Assembly: GCF_006345805.1 (NCBI RefSeq)
Contig: NC_043002.1
Coordinates: 15,872,001 to 15,936,000 of the forward strand
DNA from: Octopus sinensis
Taxonomy: Eukaryota
Direction: 5' to 3'
DNA: 64,000 nucleotides
Of the stretch, positions 37,431 to 53,300 are shown one piece after another. How positions within the stretch are numbered: the first letter of the stretch is position 1; every line of letters starts with the position of its first letter. Below the pieces are notes generated by a model that worked only from the letters and a program-made list of their open reading frames with translations, had not been told where the DNA came from and did not search any database. The position numbers and the translations under genes are program-made.

Positions 37431-39544
37431 TATTACATTTATTATTATATTTATTATTATCCACATCATGACTTTTAGGCCTTGTGCCTAGAGTAGAATC
37501 GATTATTATGATTACAGTAGAAAATAAGTAAGATTTAAATGGCTTACAGCATTAAGTTTGTTTGAAAGACAAATTAAATGCAAATGTCGCCCAGTGTTAC
37601 ATGTTCCCTTTTTCTTTTCTAATATTTCCTTGTTAGAGTGCAATGATCGGAAGAAATTTTATTATACAAAACAAATTGTGTTCTTTGGTTACATAAATTT
37701 ACGTATCCTATCAAAATCTGTTCAGGTAATATGGGCTTTCCATTCTTCTGGAATCGGCACCATTTTCGTGACCATATACCTAAGTTACAAATTATCCTGC
37801 TTGGCTGTTGACTTTGCTTTCAATCCTTTCAGGACGATGAACGAAGTACCACTTACTGTCGTCGATATAATCGGCATTCCCCATTTCCAAAATTTACAGG
37901 ACTTGCGCCTATTGTAGAAAGTATTGTTTATGATTTTCACATATACACAGGCAATTATCTTCCGCTGGTACTTATGTAAAATTATATTCTTTTTGTTATC
38001 TACATGGAATTAAGTATACAATTGAAACGCAATTTAGCGAAAACAGATACGTTTGTAGTACTCTGTGTAAACAAGGAAATTATATTTCTTACATACCAGG
38101 TGATAATCGCATGCGCCCCACTATCAGTCGCTCTTATACATATGTGAGTGTAAATGTATACAAATGTATTTCTGATGTTATAAGAGTTTATAAAATTTCG
38201 AGAGAGAAGGTGAACTAATAACATTTTGGACTAAACCTCGAAGTACATAAATCTAATAAGAATCGTATATAAATGTTGTCTAGAAAATTCCTTTTGGATA
38301 GAAAAATTCGAAGACATCCTCTTTGAATTCTTGTATCCTATAGGTTCTAAATCGTCCAAAATGAACACAAGTTAATTTACAAAGTTATGAATATGTTAAT
38401 AATTTCTTCAAATTATTTTCTTCGGCAATTAGCATAGTTATTTGCTGTAAATTCATATGTGAATAACATTAAAAATATATTTAAGATAATTGATTATCGG
38501 AATAAACATTAAATTTCTTATTTTCGTGAAGCATTAAAATAATTAATCAAGTCTGTTCATTTTGGTATTTGCTGACTTGCAAAAAGTTGTTACAAATTAG
38601 TGGTCTGCAATGTTGATATAAAAACATCCAGGCGGAATTCGAAAGCGGAAATGTCCCCCTAACTGAAGTAAGGAAAATATACGGCGTTTCCTATCCAAAT
38701 AATACCAATAGTAACAGCATTTATTTTCCTACAGAATTTCAAGTAAATTTCTCAATCTTATCACTATAACCAAAATATTAGTTGTGAATTGAACGGCAAC
38801 CATAATGAACAAATTGAGGTATATCAGCACTAGAGCAGTAGCAACAGCCATAATGATGCAGAATACACATGTAGAACAAATGCTGATGCAGCAACCATCA
38901 TTACAGTCGAACTACAACCAATAAAATATAACGTTATAAACCTTATTTCATTCCCACCACTCATCATCATAACCCACCATGTTATAAAACGCCATCTCGT
39001 TCGCATGATCATGATAGAAACTGCTAGAATTTTATGTAACTTGCGCGAAGTGTGTTAAGTATGATCAACCCAACTAAAATGTACAGTGAAATGACTAGCA
39101 GCATTATATATCCTCATTAGTGAAATTATTCCACTATGTATGTTCTTTGTTGAAAGAGGACGATGTAAAATAAAACAGGTGTTGTAAAAGGATTTCCAGA
39201 AGTTTGAATATATGAATGAAATTAAGTCCAATTGAGCAAACCAAACATTCGTTAATATAGACTGGGTATATGTATATGGCCGCATTAATTTTATGTGAGA
39301 GAAATGTGTTATATGTAAAAATTCTGTGTGATTTTTCCTCGATTGTGTCCAATTTACATGTATGCTCATATAGATATATACAAATAAACCTATATATATA
39401 TATATATATATTTATGTGTATGTATAATCAAATAAGTAAAAGATAAGCACACACACATATATATATTATACTGTTCTGTGAAGGTAAGACCAACATAATG
39501 TACTCAATCTAGTCAGAGATAATTAGTTTAATGAACACGCTATA

Positions 39545-40293
39545 TATATGTGGCGGCGAATAAACTGTCGTCTAAATTACACAAAAAGGAAAAATAACAC
39601 TTGCCTTTCATTTTAAAAGATATATTTACCAAAATTACATAAAAATCTCTTTAAATACTAAAGAGTAAATTTATTCAATAAAATTGTCATTGGCTTCATC
39701 CACGGCCTCCAAATCACTTCTAAATCTCCTGCAACTCTTCCTTGTTTTCGGTGGTGAATGCTGCCATAATCCTTGCCTTTTGTTTATCTTTGGTGTTACA
39801 AGATTTGCTGGTCTCTTGCTCAACTGCGTCTCACACAATAATGAAGGGGGTTGCAGTCTGGGGAGTTAGGTGACCAGAGTTAGGAGTGCTCTGGTCGGAG
39901 AAATTGTCTGATACCCATGACTGGATACTCCTGTTTGTTTCGGCAACCTCTCTTGACACAGGGCAGTACTTGATGAAGGCCTGTGTTGAGTTTGAGGCCA
40001 TGTGGGAAGATGAATGGAGGAATAGCGTCCTATAACTACTGATCACCCCAAACACTATGATGTTGAATAAATGTTTAATTTTTATCACTCTCGGCACATG
40101 TTTGTATCGGAGCTTCCAGCATAAATGGGAAGCAGTACAGCATGTCGTTTCCAAATTTCTGGGAGAGTTACGGTGCTGTGTTTCTCACAGTGTCCAACTG
40201 ACACAACTATACTGTGTAGTTGAGAGTCAAGACACAATGCGCATGCGTTAAAATACAAATATAAAATGTCTACAATTTAGCCATCGCGCCCTG
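39545..40293 (-). mobile_element. Decayed maT (DD37D) Tc1/mariner transposon, internally deleted
   Basis: Frameshifted WSPNS-PDCNP...RRFRSDLEAVDEANDNFIE*; similar to 61043-61887; right end ...gcgccctg followed by TA. Confidence 0.7.
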
Positions 40294-40384
40294 TATTTTT
40301 GTAAGCTACTAACTGTTCCATGCGATTAAAACAACACAGACAATTTTATTACATGTTTGGTGCTTTCGGGCAATCTTTCTCTCA

Positions 40385-40765
40385 AAAACCTTACCATGAG
40401 TACAAGGAGGACCTATTCTGCCTACACAGACTTGTCAATGTCCTCCGTAGTGATTAAGACCTTGACAGCCAACATTAGCAACAAAATATCTAAAGTTACT
40501 TTTACTAAAAGAAAATTTTGATAAGATAGCCCCACTTACAAAAACAATGCCCTAGACAAAAGTGGCTTTAAAAACAAATTAATTTTCATTCCCTTTAGTA
40601 ATAATAGGAATAATAAATAGGACTTAGGACTATAATGTGGTTCGCTCTCTTCCCTTTTTCCTAAATGTTAAAACGATGTGATTTATGAGATTCCTGTCTC
40701 TTTTAGATAAAGATTTCCCCTTAAATTGCAGGTACAGAATAATATTCCATTGGAACTCTAGTAAA
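40385..40765 (+). mobile_element. Penelope-like element RT thumb/linker remnant
   Basis: Frameshifted KPYH...SVIKTLTANISNKISK...NNALDKSGFKNKL...RTIMWF...NVKT...FLSLLDKDFP...IF matches the PLE pattern Y..AL..SG...R.IIWFNPP..NV.T...FL.L..KHFP. Confidence 0.6.
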
Positions 40766-41510
40766 TAATCATAAACAAACACCACTAAGATCCTACTCCA
40801 AATAAAGAAGCTTATGTGAAGTCAACTTCAAAAATCGCTATTTCTAAACGCATAATCTTTCCGGCACAGGAGCAAAATTAAAGTCACTTAATTTGGCTAG
40901 ACACATGAGTTTTGAAGTCTAACGCCACACCACTTACAATCAAGGGAACATGGTTAAAAAGTCCATACCCATAAAAAGGCTGAACGGATCAAAATAATTC
41001 AAGCTATGCGTAGCTGAATGATCACAGTTCCTTTTCCGACCTAAGAACTCCACTGCACCACTGAATTACATTTTTGAAATTTTCAGCAAATGTAAACATA
41101 TATAGAAATTCTTGTTGCCGGATTCGAAAATACCTTTCCGGGATTGAGCGGCTGTATCAGAAACTCAAGACCCCCTACCCATTCAGCCTTATTATGGGTT
41201 TACGGTCAGAGGGGACATAACTGTAGATTTCCCATTTATTGTTTTTTTTTCTTTTTCTTTTGCTTTCGTTTTCCTTTTGCTTTCAATCTTCCACTATGTA
41301 CGTCGAGCTTCTCATTTTCTCTTATTCTGTTTTAGCGTGTATATGTGATGTGAAGGTAGACTTAAGATTGCACGAAGGCACCAGGCGTGTTATAAAATGT
41401 TGTCTGTGTCGTTTTCATTGTCCATAAAAACATATACTGTGTTTATTACACCGTATATATACTGTGTATTGTATGCTTGTTTGTTTGCAAATAGTACGGA
41501 CAATATATAT

Positions 41511-41558
<48 letters not shown>

Positions 41559-41604
41559 ATAATAGTAATAGGTTTTAAAGAAAATAGACTATACGTGGTG
41601 TAAA

Positions 41605-41880
41605 TATGGGAAAGTAAAACGAAAAAAAGAGAAAGCGCATATTGGATGTAAAAAAGAAAGGCCTTTCTTATGAAACGTAAAAATATATATATACAATTAG
41701 ATGAACTGAAGTGGAATTAAGAGGTATAAACGTCATTATTATAAATTATTAATGACTTTTATACCTCTTAATTCCACCTCATTTCATCTAATTATATATA
41801 TATATACACACATACGTTTCATAAGAAAACACTTTATTTTTGTATCCAATGTGCATTTTCTCTTTTTTACTTTTCCCATA
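41605..41880. repeat. Long fold-back (~135-bp arms) between TA tracts
   Basis: tatgggaaagtaaaa...ttcttatgaaacgta...aattagatgaa...gtggaattaagaggtataaa versus tttatacctcttaattccac...ttcatctaatt...tacgtttcataagaa...ttttacttttcccata. Confidence 0.85.
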
Positions 41881-42480
41881 TATATATATTATATATATAT
41901 ATATATATATGAAATATTATATTAAGGGTGCTTTTAAGGGAGGGCTTCGAAGTTGCATTCCTTCGCTGTCGGTACACTTTATATTTATTACGGTAGTCTT
42001 GACTTTAGGTGTCCCCCATAGTATGAGGCATTTACGTATAGTAATACCCTTAATACAATAAATGCATTTAAAGTGAATAATTATAAATGTTTCCCTTATA
42101 TGCTTTTTCACGCTGACTACTTGATAAATTCTTATATAGATTTTATCCTATATTTATTTATATATATATAGTACACATTGTTGACCAAGGATAATATTAT
42201 TAAAGGATTTTCGGAGAGACTGATAATATGTTTGCACACAGACAAGCATACAATTGCACAGTACGACAGAAAGAGCATTTATGGATTATACATTGACTAC
42301 AAAAACACAGCTGGTAGATAATCTGAGCTCTCTCCTTCATGAAAACATCCTGCATGACAACCTTGGAAGCTGCATCACTGAATAACGCAACGGGCCTGCT
42401 ATGCTGTGTAAAGCAAACATTAATAAAGATTGTAAACTGTCCTGAATATATGTGGTTTTTTTCCTTGTAAACTGAGTGTG

Positions 42481-42780
42481 TTCGTTTCTTCTCTAGCCAC
42501 ACCTGGGTCATAGTGCCGGTTCCCGGTTTCCTTGACTTATAGCCTCCCTACCTGGACGGAACGGCGTTCCGTCAAAGGTGAGCTGCAAGATGCAGGAGGA
42601 AAGAGTGAGAGAATGTTGTGGCGAGAGAGTCAGTAGAAGTTCGCCATTACCTTCTGCTGGATCCACGTGGAGCTTAGGTGTTTCACTCATAAACACACAC
42701 ATCACCCTGTCTGAGGTTCAAACCCACGGTCCCACGACCGCAAGTCCGCTGCTCTAAGCTCAAGGCCATTTGCCTCCACA
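42481..42780 (-). mobile_element. tRNA-derived SINE (same family as 20003-20302)
   Basis: Minus head tgtggaggcaaatggccttgagcttagagcagcggac...gggtttgaacctcag; body shared with 20003-20302. Confidence 0.75.
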
Positions 42781-45625
42781 AACTGAGTTTGAGCGACGAG
42801 AAAATATACCAACATACGCATACAAAAGCGGTAAAAGTTTTTAGTGACACTTTTATAGACTATACGCTTTCAGCTTAAATGCTGGCGGGGTAGATAAAAT
42901 ATGAACCTCTCCCCCGACATTGCTGGCCTTGTGCCTAAATTTCAAATCAGTATATGTAATAACTATTATTCACACACACATACGCACACAGAGTAGGAAT
43001 ACATAAATCATGTTTGTATTACTGTTTCTAAGTTTTGACAGGGCGGGGCAGAACCATGCAAATTAACTGGTCTCCGGAAGTGTATACAGACACAGACACA
43101 CATTTATGCAATTAAAAATATTTATATATTACATGTGTGTGTTTATATTTCACAAACGTTTTGTAACTAATACCAGTTAAAACCAGATGTTGGGCGCTGA
43201 ATTGTTATATTTTCTGTTTCATATTACTAAATCTTTCGAACTCGCCCAGCGGTTGTTGTTTCTCTACAATATTTGTCTTTGCCCACAAATTACTTCACCA
43301 CTTTGTATCTATAACATTGTGAATGAGTGAATATTGTCAACTCATTCATATTTACTTCTGCACATCGTGTTTTGTTATATTTCCATGACAACCCTCTGCA
43401 CCGATGACATTAGCATAATTTTTTTTTCTGATTTTGCTTCTTGTTTTATTACCAAATTACAAACACGTCTGTGCGTGTATGTGCTGTGTTCTTTAATATT
43501 TAGTTTTTGTCTAACTATGCTAAATTTATTTTAAAGTTTTGGTGTATAAAATCGACCTCGTGATTCCATTCTTTCCTTTCGGTATACGTCTGTGGTGTCT
43601 ACAATTGCTTTCAGTATATAGTGAGTTCCCGTAATGTGTCTCAGTTTTAAGAATTGTGCGTCACCGAGCATGTTTTATAATTCAGTATCTTATCAATCTC
43701 ATCTTTCTTAGTCGAGTTCATAATGTATTTATCACACTTCCTTTTATCGCTAGTCTTCTATTATTATTTGCAATAAGCTCTTTCGGTTTCTTTTGTGTAC
43801 GTTACGATGTCCTCGATATTTCCATGGTTTTAAATGTGCCTATCATTTCTCTAGATTTGTTATTGACCTGTCTAAGTTTATGGCCCGTTCAGAAGATTGT
43901 CTCTGTAAAAGTTGCCTTTTGTTTGTTTTTATATCAATGTATCTAGTTTACATAATAATCATTGGGTTATTTTGTTATTCTACTAAGTTCACTTTATGCT
44001 TTGTTTGAATAGGACTTTTCTGAATTTGTTGACTAATCTATTCCAGTGAATACTACCAATGGATATCTCATCTTGGAATTTGCTTTAGTCATAAAAATAT
44101 ATTTCTCGTCTTATTTTTTTCCCTCTGAAATTGAGTGTTTTGCTGCAGATTTGGTAGATTTTATCTACCTAGCTTATGACAGTATTTTCACAATCATCCT
44201 TGTACCGACAAGTATAGAGCATCTATAGTGTTATGCTAAAACTTGCATGCAGTGCATGAAATACTGTCTGCTTTGTTATTTCGCAAGATGAGCACATACG
44301 AGTTTAAGCAATTCTCATCATTCTAAATTTGTATGAACATGTTTAGGTTTTATCAGTTCAAATAATTTTGAAGAGAAGAAAGAAAAAAAACATGATTTGA
44401 ATGACTTCTTTCCTGACACTGTATTTGACCTGGAATATCTGTAAAGTGTAGTTATTATTATTGCTCAACCCAAAATAGAAAATTAATGTAAAATTTTAAT
44501 TAGTTTAAATTCGATTTTTTCATTGGATTCATTTTCCCTTTTTAATTCCAATATACTTAATTCAAACTTGCACAGTTAGTAATTTTTAATTTTTATCTAA
44601 ACCTATTGAACATAACACAGCCATCTTTAGGAAATTACGCTTGGGGTTTGCTTTTAATAACATTAAAATTTATCAGTGATCCGAATTCACTCCAAGATTT
44701 TCTTGAATTGCAAAATTGTCTTTGTTTAATCATTTTAAAAACATTGTTCTTCGTTGCTTTTAACATTTCTGTTTTTACTTGAAGCAACAAAGCGTAAAAT
44801 ATCTGGCGCAGCTAAATACTTTTAGCATATCATTCAATTGGTACTGAAATAATGGAAAAAGTTTAACCATGCGAAAAGTCTATTTACATCTTTCACCTGT
44901 GAAATAAGTGACTTATCAGTTCATTGGTTTGATAATTAATGATAAAATGAGTTGTTTAAAAACAAAATTGATATGCTTACCTAACTTTTAATGGATTGAT
45001 CAATCTACCGGTTGATAATTTGTCTAAAATTTATGCTTCTTGAAGAAAACTCTGTATAAATTACGTTGATGTCATGGCATACTATTTCGTCAACACGAAT
45101 TCAGAAGTGCTTGCACTCCGTCAGCACACTGAGCATGATGAGAAAACACAAATCATATCACAATATTGCTTGTCGAGAGAGATAATAACCATTTACTGTT
45201 GAGAAAGCCATTGTTTATCGTATTGCTGAATACTGAAAATTATGCGATCCATGGAATTTGCGATCAATGGTATTGCGATTCATACACACCCGATTCGTAA
45301 TAGCTGAAAACATGTAATAACCATCATAATGTTGGTACAGAAACTCTACATCTCGGACGTTAATTTGCAAACCTGCATCATTTAATAGAGAGATTCCTCT
45401 GTTCTCAAACATATTGGCATCTTCCTATTTTATTATCTACAAATTGATGCAATAGGGCTCCCTGGTGATCTGTTGTGCTTGAGCACTTGAAATATATATT
45501 ACTGGACTCCAAAGCAACCATAAAGGGTCGTATAGAAAGAAAAACAATTATAAACTTGGATTTATCTTGATATTTCACAATTTCACACACATGTTCACAC
45601 ACACACATCGGTATATATATATAAA

Positions 45626-45850
45626 TCATCATCATCGTTTAACGTCCGGTTTCCATGCTAGCATGGGTTGGGTTGGAGGATTTGACTGAGAACTGGCAAA
45701 CCAGATGACTGCGACAGGCTCCAATCTTGATCTGGCAGAATTTCTACAGCTGGATGCCCTTCCGAACGCCAACCATTCCGAGAATGTAGTGGGTGCTTTT
45801 AGGTACCACCGGCACGAGGGCTAGTCAGGCGGTACTGGCAACGGCCACGC
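45626..45850 (-). mobile_element. 3' part of a SINE or RTE-like element with (GAT)n tail
   Basis: catcatcatcgtttaacgtcc...gctggatgcccttccgaacgccaacc; the minus strand ends in a (gat)n tail. Confidence 0.55.
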
Positions 45851-46708
45851 TTGAAATTGATATATATATATATATATAGTAAATCCCCAAAAGAACAACC
45901 ACCCATTAAAACAAAACAAAAAACAATACGAGGCCGTGGTACATGTAAAGTATTAGCAGACGCCCAGGGAAGGAAGGAAAGCCGGTTTAATATTTCGAGT
46001 AACGCTCTTCTTCAGAAACCGAGGAAAGTTCAATAGAAAGGAAAATGTGGTTACAAAAATATGTGTGTGTGTGTGTGTGTGTGTGTCTACAAGTTTAAGG
46101 CGTTTCTTTGCGTAGTTAACGCAACATTTATGAATATACATTTCTATCCTATACTTTACTTAAATTTGACACCCATTATCTAAATTAATTCACGCCTCAT
46201 AAAATTTTATACACAAATGACCCCACTATATTAATTAGATGTTTATACAAATATGTGACCCTCCCTTGATTTTTTTTGTGCACTGTCGTTAGGATGAAGA
46301 TTTTAGTAGACATTTGAAAATGTAATGAGGGAAAAATGTAATGAGGGGAAAAATTGTCGTCAAACTGAAAAACGAACATAATGAATAACAGCCTGTGCGA
46401 TTTTTGTATGTGCCAAAATAGTTCATATGGAGAATGTGTAATTAAAGGATTACTTTTTGTAAGTGAATATGGACGGTAGAAGCGATTTTATGTTCATGTC
46501 ATGACATTAAAAAGGACTATAAATACATGAGGAAACTTTCTTCATTAATTATCTTTTGCTTCTTTTATTCATTGGATAGCGGTCATGCTGAAGGGTTTAA
46601 TAGAATACTTCGATACCATGACAAATTCCATTTTGTTCTAAACTATCAGCATCATTTGCCTCAACTACTCCGGTTGAAAAGAAGTGAATATTTATATAAT
46701 CAAATACC

Positions 46709-46941
46709 TATTTCTTTATTACCCACAAGGGGCTAAACATAGAGTGGACAAACAAGGACAGACATAGGTATTAAGTCGATTATATCGACCCCAGTGCGTA
46801 ACTGGTACTTAATTTATCGACCCCGAAAGGATGAAAGACAAAGTCGACCTCGGCGGAATTTGAACTCACAACGTTACGACAGACGAAATACTGCGAAGCA
46901 TTTCACCGGCGCACTAACATTTCTGCCAGCTCGCCGCCTTA
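46709..46941 (-). mobile_element. Young full-length SINE (gagctggcagaa family) with 16-bp TSD
   Basis: TSD tatataatcaaatacc at 46693-46708 and 46942-46957; very similar to 57402-57632 and 35294-35520. Confidence 0.9.
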
Positions 46942-47169
46942 TATATAATCAAATACCGTGTGTGCGTTTGTGTGAGTGCACCTGAACACACTGAGACGCA
47001 CACACATACACATGCATATATATAATGTATATTTCCAGATTCCTTTTAAAAAGGAAGAGATCCTTTTCCTTTTTGATTTTTTTTTTTGTGGGGGGACAAT
47101 ATTAATTAGCACAGTATCTGGTGAGGAAAAAAAACATTGTGTTGTAATCCTGACTTCCGTAGGTATTCC

Positions 47170-47620
47170 AAATGAGATTGTTATCAACAACTACCCCTAG
47201 GTCTGTGATATTATATTACACTGTGAGTGGTTTACCTTTAGGAAGACATTATGATTGTTTTACCATAGATTTTTTTTCCGGAAAGCACCAGCTCAAATTT
47301 TCCCTCGTTATTTTTTCTCTTTGTTTTCGTCTGCTTATCGACAAACCGCATGTAGATCAGACTGGAGTTTAGTTCCGTCTTCTTCTTTATTGAGGACTTT
47401 CTGTAGATTAGTGTCATCAGCAAATATTTTCACTTTGCTGCGTTTTACGACGCTGCGAAAATGGATTATGTCGATTATAAAGCGAAGCGTGACCACGTCA
47501 CTCCCATGAGGAGTAACACTGGTGAATTTTGCTGGGCTTCAATGAAATTCCATTCACCACAACATTTTGTGTTCTGTTCGTCAGGAATACTCGATCCAGT
47601 GTAGACTTTTCCACGGATTC
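47170..47620 (-). mobile_element. CR1-like LINE reverse transcriptase fragment
   Basis: Frameshifted GIRGKVY...LTNRTQNVVVNG...PHGS...KVKIFADDTNL...LQSDL...NEGKFELV. Confidence 0.75.
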
Positions 47621-47624
47621 CTAT

Positions 47625-47656
47625 ATTCATATTTATATGAAAATATATACATATGC

Positions 47657-47702
<46 letters not shown>

Positions 47703-47779
47703 ATATATATTGTATATATATGCATATATATATAATATATATATATATATACACATAAGCATATATACATACAGATGCG

Positions 47780-47812
<33 letters not shown>

Positions 47813-47893
47813 TATATATATATAATGCACATACACACCACACACACACACATATATATAATATATATATATAATATATATATATATGTAATA

Positions 47894-47928
<35 letters not shown>

Positions 47929-48467
47929 AGATCTGTTATATATATATGTATATATATATATAATATATGTATATATAATATGTATATTAGATATATATAT
48001 GTATATATATAATGTATATATATATGTATATATATATATGTATTATATATATAATGTGATATGTATATATATATATGTATATATATATATATGTAATATA
48101 TATATAATATATGTCTATATATGTATATATATATTTATCTGTAGATATATGTATATTATCTATATCATAATATATATATATATAATGTATATATATTAAT
48201 CGTATATATATATATATTTAATATAATATATATGTATAATATATATATATGTCTTATATATAATGTATATGTATATAATATTGTATATATGTATATGCTA
48301 TATATGTAGATATATGTATAGTATATATTATGTATAATATATATATGTATTATGTAATATGTATTATATGTATATGTCTATATGTATACATAATATGTAT
48401 AATATATATATGTTATATAATATTGTTATATATATAATATGTATATATATATATATATGTATATAAT

Positions 48468-48498
<31 letters not shown>

Positions 48499-49513
48499 CT
48501 ATTATATATCATGTATATATATATATATATGTATATATGTATATATATGTATATATATATATATATCTATGTCTATATATGTAATATATATATTATCTGT
48601 ATATATATGTATATATATGTAATATATAATATATATGTAATATAAATGGTATATATATATATTATTATAATATATATATATATGTCTATGTTATATATAT
48701 AATGTATATTATATGTATATATATATTATAATATGTATATATATATGTATATATATATTATATATATGTATAATATATATGTATTAATGTATTTATATAT
48801 ATATGTTATATATATATATGATATAATATATATATATATAGTATATATATATTATGTATATGTATTTGTATATGTAATTATATATATGTACATATGTATG
48901 TGAATGTATATAGATATATGTATATATTATTTTATATTGTATATATGTATTATATATGTGTATATGTAATAATATTAATATGTATATATATAAATTATAT
49001 AATATATCTATGTATATATATATATATGTATATATATATAATGTATATATATATATATAATATATGTATATGTATATGTATATTATATGTATATGTATAT
49101 ATATATGTGTATATGTATATTATATGTAATATATGTATAGATATGTATGTATATATATAATGTATATATGTATATATATATATATATTATATATTATATG
49201 TATCGTATATATATATGTATATATATATTATATATATAATTATATATATATATGTATAATATATATATGTATTATATGTATATATGTATATAATATGTAT
49301 ATATATATTCTAATATATATAATATTATATATATATATTTATATAGATATATGTATATATATTATATGTATATATATCTAATGTATATATATATGTATAT
49401 ATTATATGTATATATAATATAATGTATATATATATGTATATATATATATGTATATATATGTGTAATGTAGAATATAATGTATATATATATGTTGTTATAT
49501 ATATATATCTATG

Positions 49514-49544
<31 letters not shown>

Positions 49545-49630
49545 GTATAATGTAATAATATATGTATATATTATTGTATAATATATATATATATATATAT
49601 ATAATATATGTATATATATTATAATATATG

Positions 49631-49666
<36 letters not shown>

Positions 49667-49696
49667 ATAAATAATAATATATATATTATATATAAT

Positions 49697-49727
<31 letters not shown>

Positions 49728-49838
49728 GTATATATAATGTAATATATATGTATTATATATATATATATATGTATATATATAATATGTATAATATATATTA
49801 TATATATGTATAATATATGTAATATATTATAATATATA

Positions 49839-49870
<32 letters not shown>

Positions 49871-52289
49871 GTGTGTATATATATATATATGTGTATATTT
49901 ATATAGATATATGTGTATATATATAATATGTAGATGTATATTATATGTATATATATATGTGTATATATATATATATGTATATGTATATATATATGTATAT
50001 ATATATATGTATATATATGTATCATATATAGTATATATGTATATAATATATATGTATATATATATATTATTATAAAAAAAAATATAATATATATATATCT
50101 ATTATATAATGTATATATATATGTATATATATATGTGTATATATATGTATATATAATGTTATATATATGTTATATATATTTGTATAGATATGTATATATA
50201 TATGTGTATATATCGTATATATATATGTGTATATATATTTATATAATATGTGTATATATGTTATATATAGTGTGTATATATACGTATATATATATGGTAT
50301 ATATACGTATATATATATGTGTATATATATGTATATATATATGTGTATAAATATAATGTATATATATATGTGTATATATATGTTATATTATGGTGTATTA
50401 ATGTATATATATGTGTGTATATATGTATATATATATATATGTGTGTATATATATGTATATATATGTGTTATATATATGTATATATATGTGTTATATATAT
50501 GTATATATATGTTGTGTATATATAGTATATATATTCTATTGTGTGTATATATATGCATATATATATTATATATGTATATTATATGTATATATATATATAT
50601 GTGTGTATATATGTATATATGTATATATATATATATATGTGTATATATATGTATATATGTATATATAATATGTGTATATATATGTAATATGTATATATAT
50701 ATGTATATGTCATATCTATAAGAAGTGTATGTATATATATATGTATATGTAATGTAATTTATATATTGTATAGATAATGTATATGTATATTATATACTGT
50801 ATGATATATATATGTATACATATATGTATATATATATAGTATAGGTATATATATATGTCTATGTATATATATATATGTATAATTTATATGTATATATGTA
50901 TATATATATGTAATGTATAATGGTATATGTGATATATAATATATGTATATATATATGTATATATATATGTATATCTGTATATATATATGATATATATATG
51001 TATATATTATATATATATGTATAATATATATGTTATGTATATATATATATGTATATTATATAATGTATATGTTATATATATTATGTATATATATATGTAT
51101 ATATATATATTATATGTATATGTATATATATTATATATGTATATATATATATGTATATGTATATATATATATATGTATATATATATATGTATATTATATA
51201 TATTATATGTATATATATATATGTAATGTATATGTATATATATATATGTGTATGTATATATATTATATATATGTATATTATATGTATATTGTATATATAT
51301 ATATGTATATTATATATGTATATGTATATATATATATGTATATATATTATATATATATGGTATATACTATATATGTAATATGGATATATATATATATGTA
51401 TATATATATGTATATATTAATATATATGTATATATATGTATATATGTATATATATATGTATATATGTATATATATATGTGTATATATATGTATATAATGT
51501 ATATATATATGTATATATATTATATATATGGTATATATAGTATATGGTATATATATGTGTATATTATATGTATATATATATTGTATATATATGTATATAT
51601 ATGTGTTATATATATGTATATATATGTGTATAATATATATTGTATATATATATGTTGTATATATATGTATATATATTGTGTGTATATATATGTTATATAT
51701 ATATATTGTGTATATATATGTATATATATATGTGTATATATATGTATAATATATATTGTAATATATATGTATATATGTATATATATATATATTATATATA
51801 TATGTGTATATATATATGTATATATGTGTATATAATATTATATATGTTATATATTATATGTGTATATATATGTATATATGTATATATATATATGTGTATA
51901 TATATGTATATATGTATATATATAATAATGTGTGTATATATATATGTGTATATTAATGTATATATGTATATATATATATATATGTGTATATATTATGTAT
52001 ATATATATATAATATGTGTATATATGTAATATATATATATATATATATGTGTATATATATGTATATATATATATATATGTATATATGTATATATGTATAT
52101 GTATATATGATATATATATGTATATATGTATATTATATGTGTATATATATATGTATATATATATATTGTGTATATATATGTATATATAATCTATATGTGT
52201 ATATATATGTTATATATATATATGTGTATATATATGTATATATATATATGTATATATATCTATATATATATGATTATATATATATATTG

Positions 52290-52324
<35 letters not shown>

Positions 52325-53300
52325 CTGTATATATGTTATATATTATAGTATATATATGTTTATAATATGTATATATGTAATATATAATATTAGGTATTTA
52401 TATATATATATATATATGTATTATATATATATATATATATGTATTATATTTATATATATGTATATATATGTATATATGTATATATAATATATGTATATAT
52501 TATATATATATGTATATATATATATGTATATATGTATATATATATATATGTGTATATATATGTATATATGTATATATATATATATGTATATATTATGTAG
52601 ATATATATATATGATATACTATGTAATATATATGTGTATATATATGTATATATGTATATAATATATATGTGTATATATATGTATATATTATATATATATA
52701 TCTATGTGTATATATATGTATATATGTATATATATATATATGTGTATATATATGTATCTATTGTATATAATATATATATATGTGTATATATATTGTATAT
52801 ATGTATATATAATATATATATGTGTATATATATGTATATATGTATATATAATATATATATGTGTATATTAGTATATATGTATATATATAATATATATGTA
52901 TATATAGATTTATATATATATATATATGTATTATATCTATGTATATATCATATATATATGTGTATATTATGTACTATGTTATATATATATATGTATATAT
53001 GTCTATATATATATATATATATATGTGTATATATTGTATCATATGTATATATATATATGTATATATGTATATATATAATATATATAGATATATGTATGTA
53101 TATATATGTATATATATATATGTATGTCTATATATATATATAGTATATATATGTATATATATATATATATATTATGTTATATTATATGTATATATATATA
53201 TACATATATATATGCATATACATACATATGTATGCATACATATACACACATATATATGCATATATGCATATGAATAACTATATATTTATATATATATGGA
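47625..53300. repeat. ~5.6-kb degenerate (TA)n / (TATATG)n microsatellite tract
   Basis: Directly visible; source of all the YI-repeat ORFs in this interval. Confidence 0.97.
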
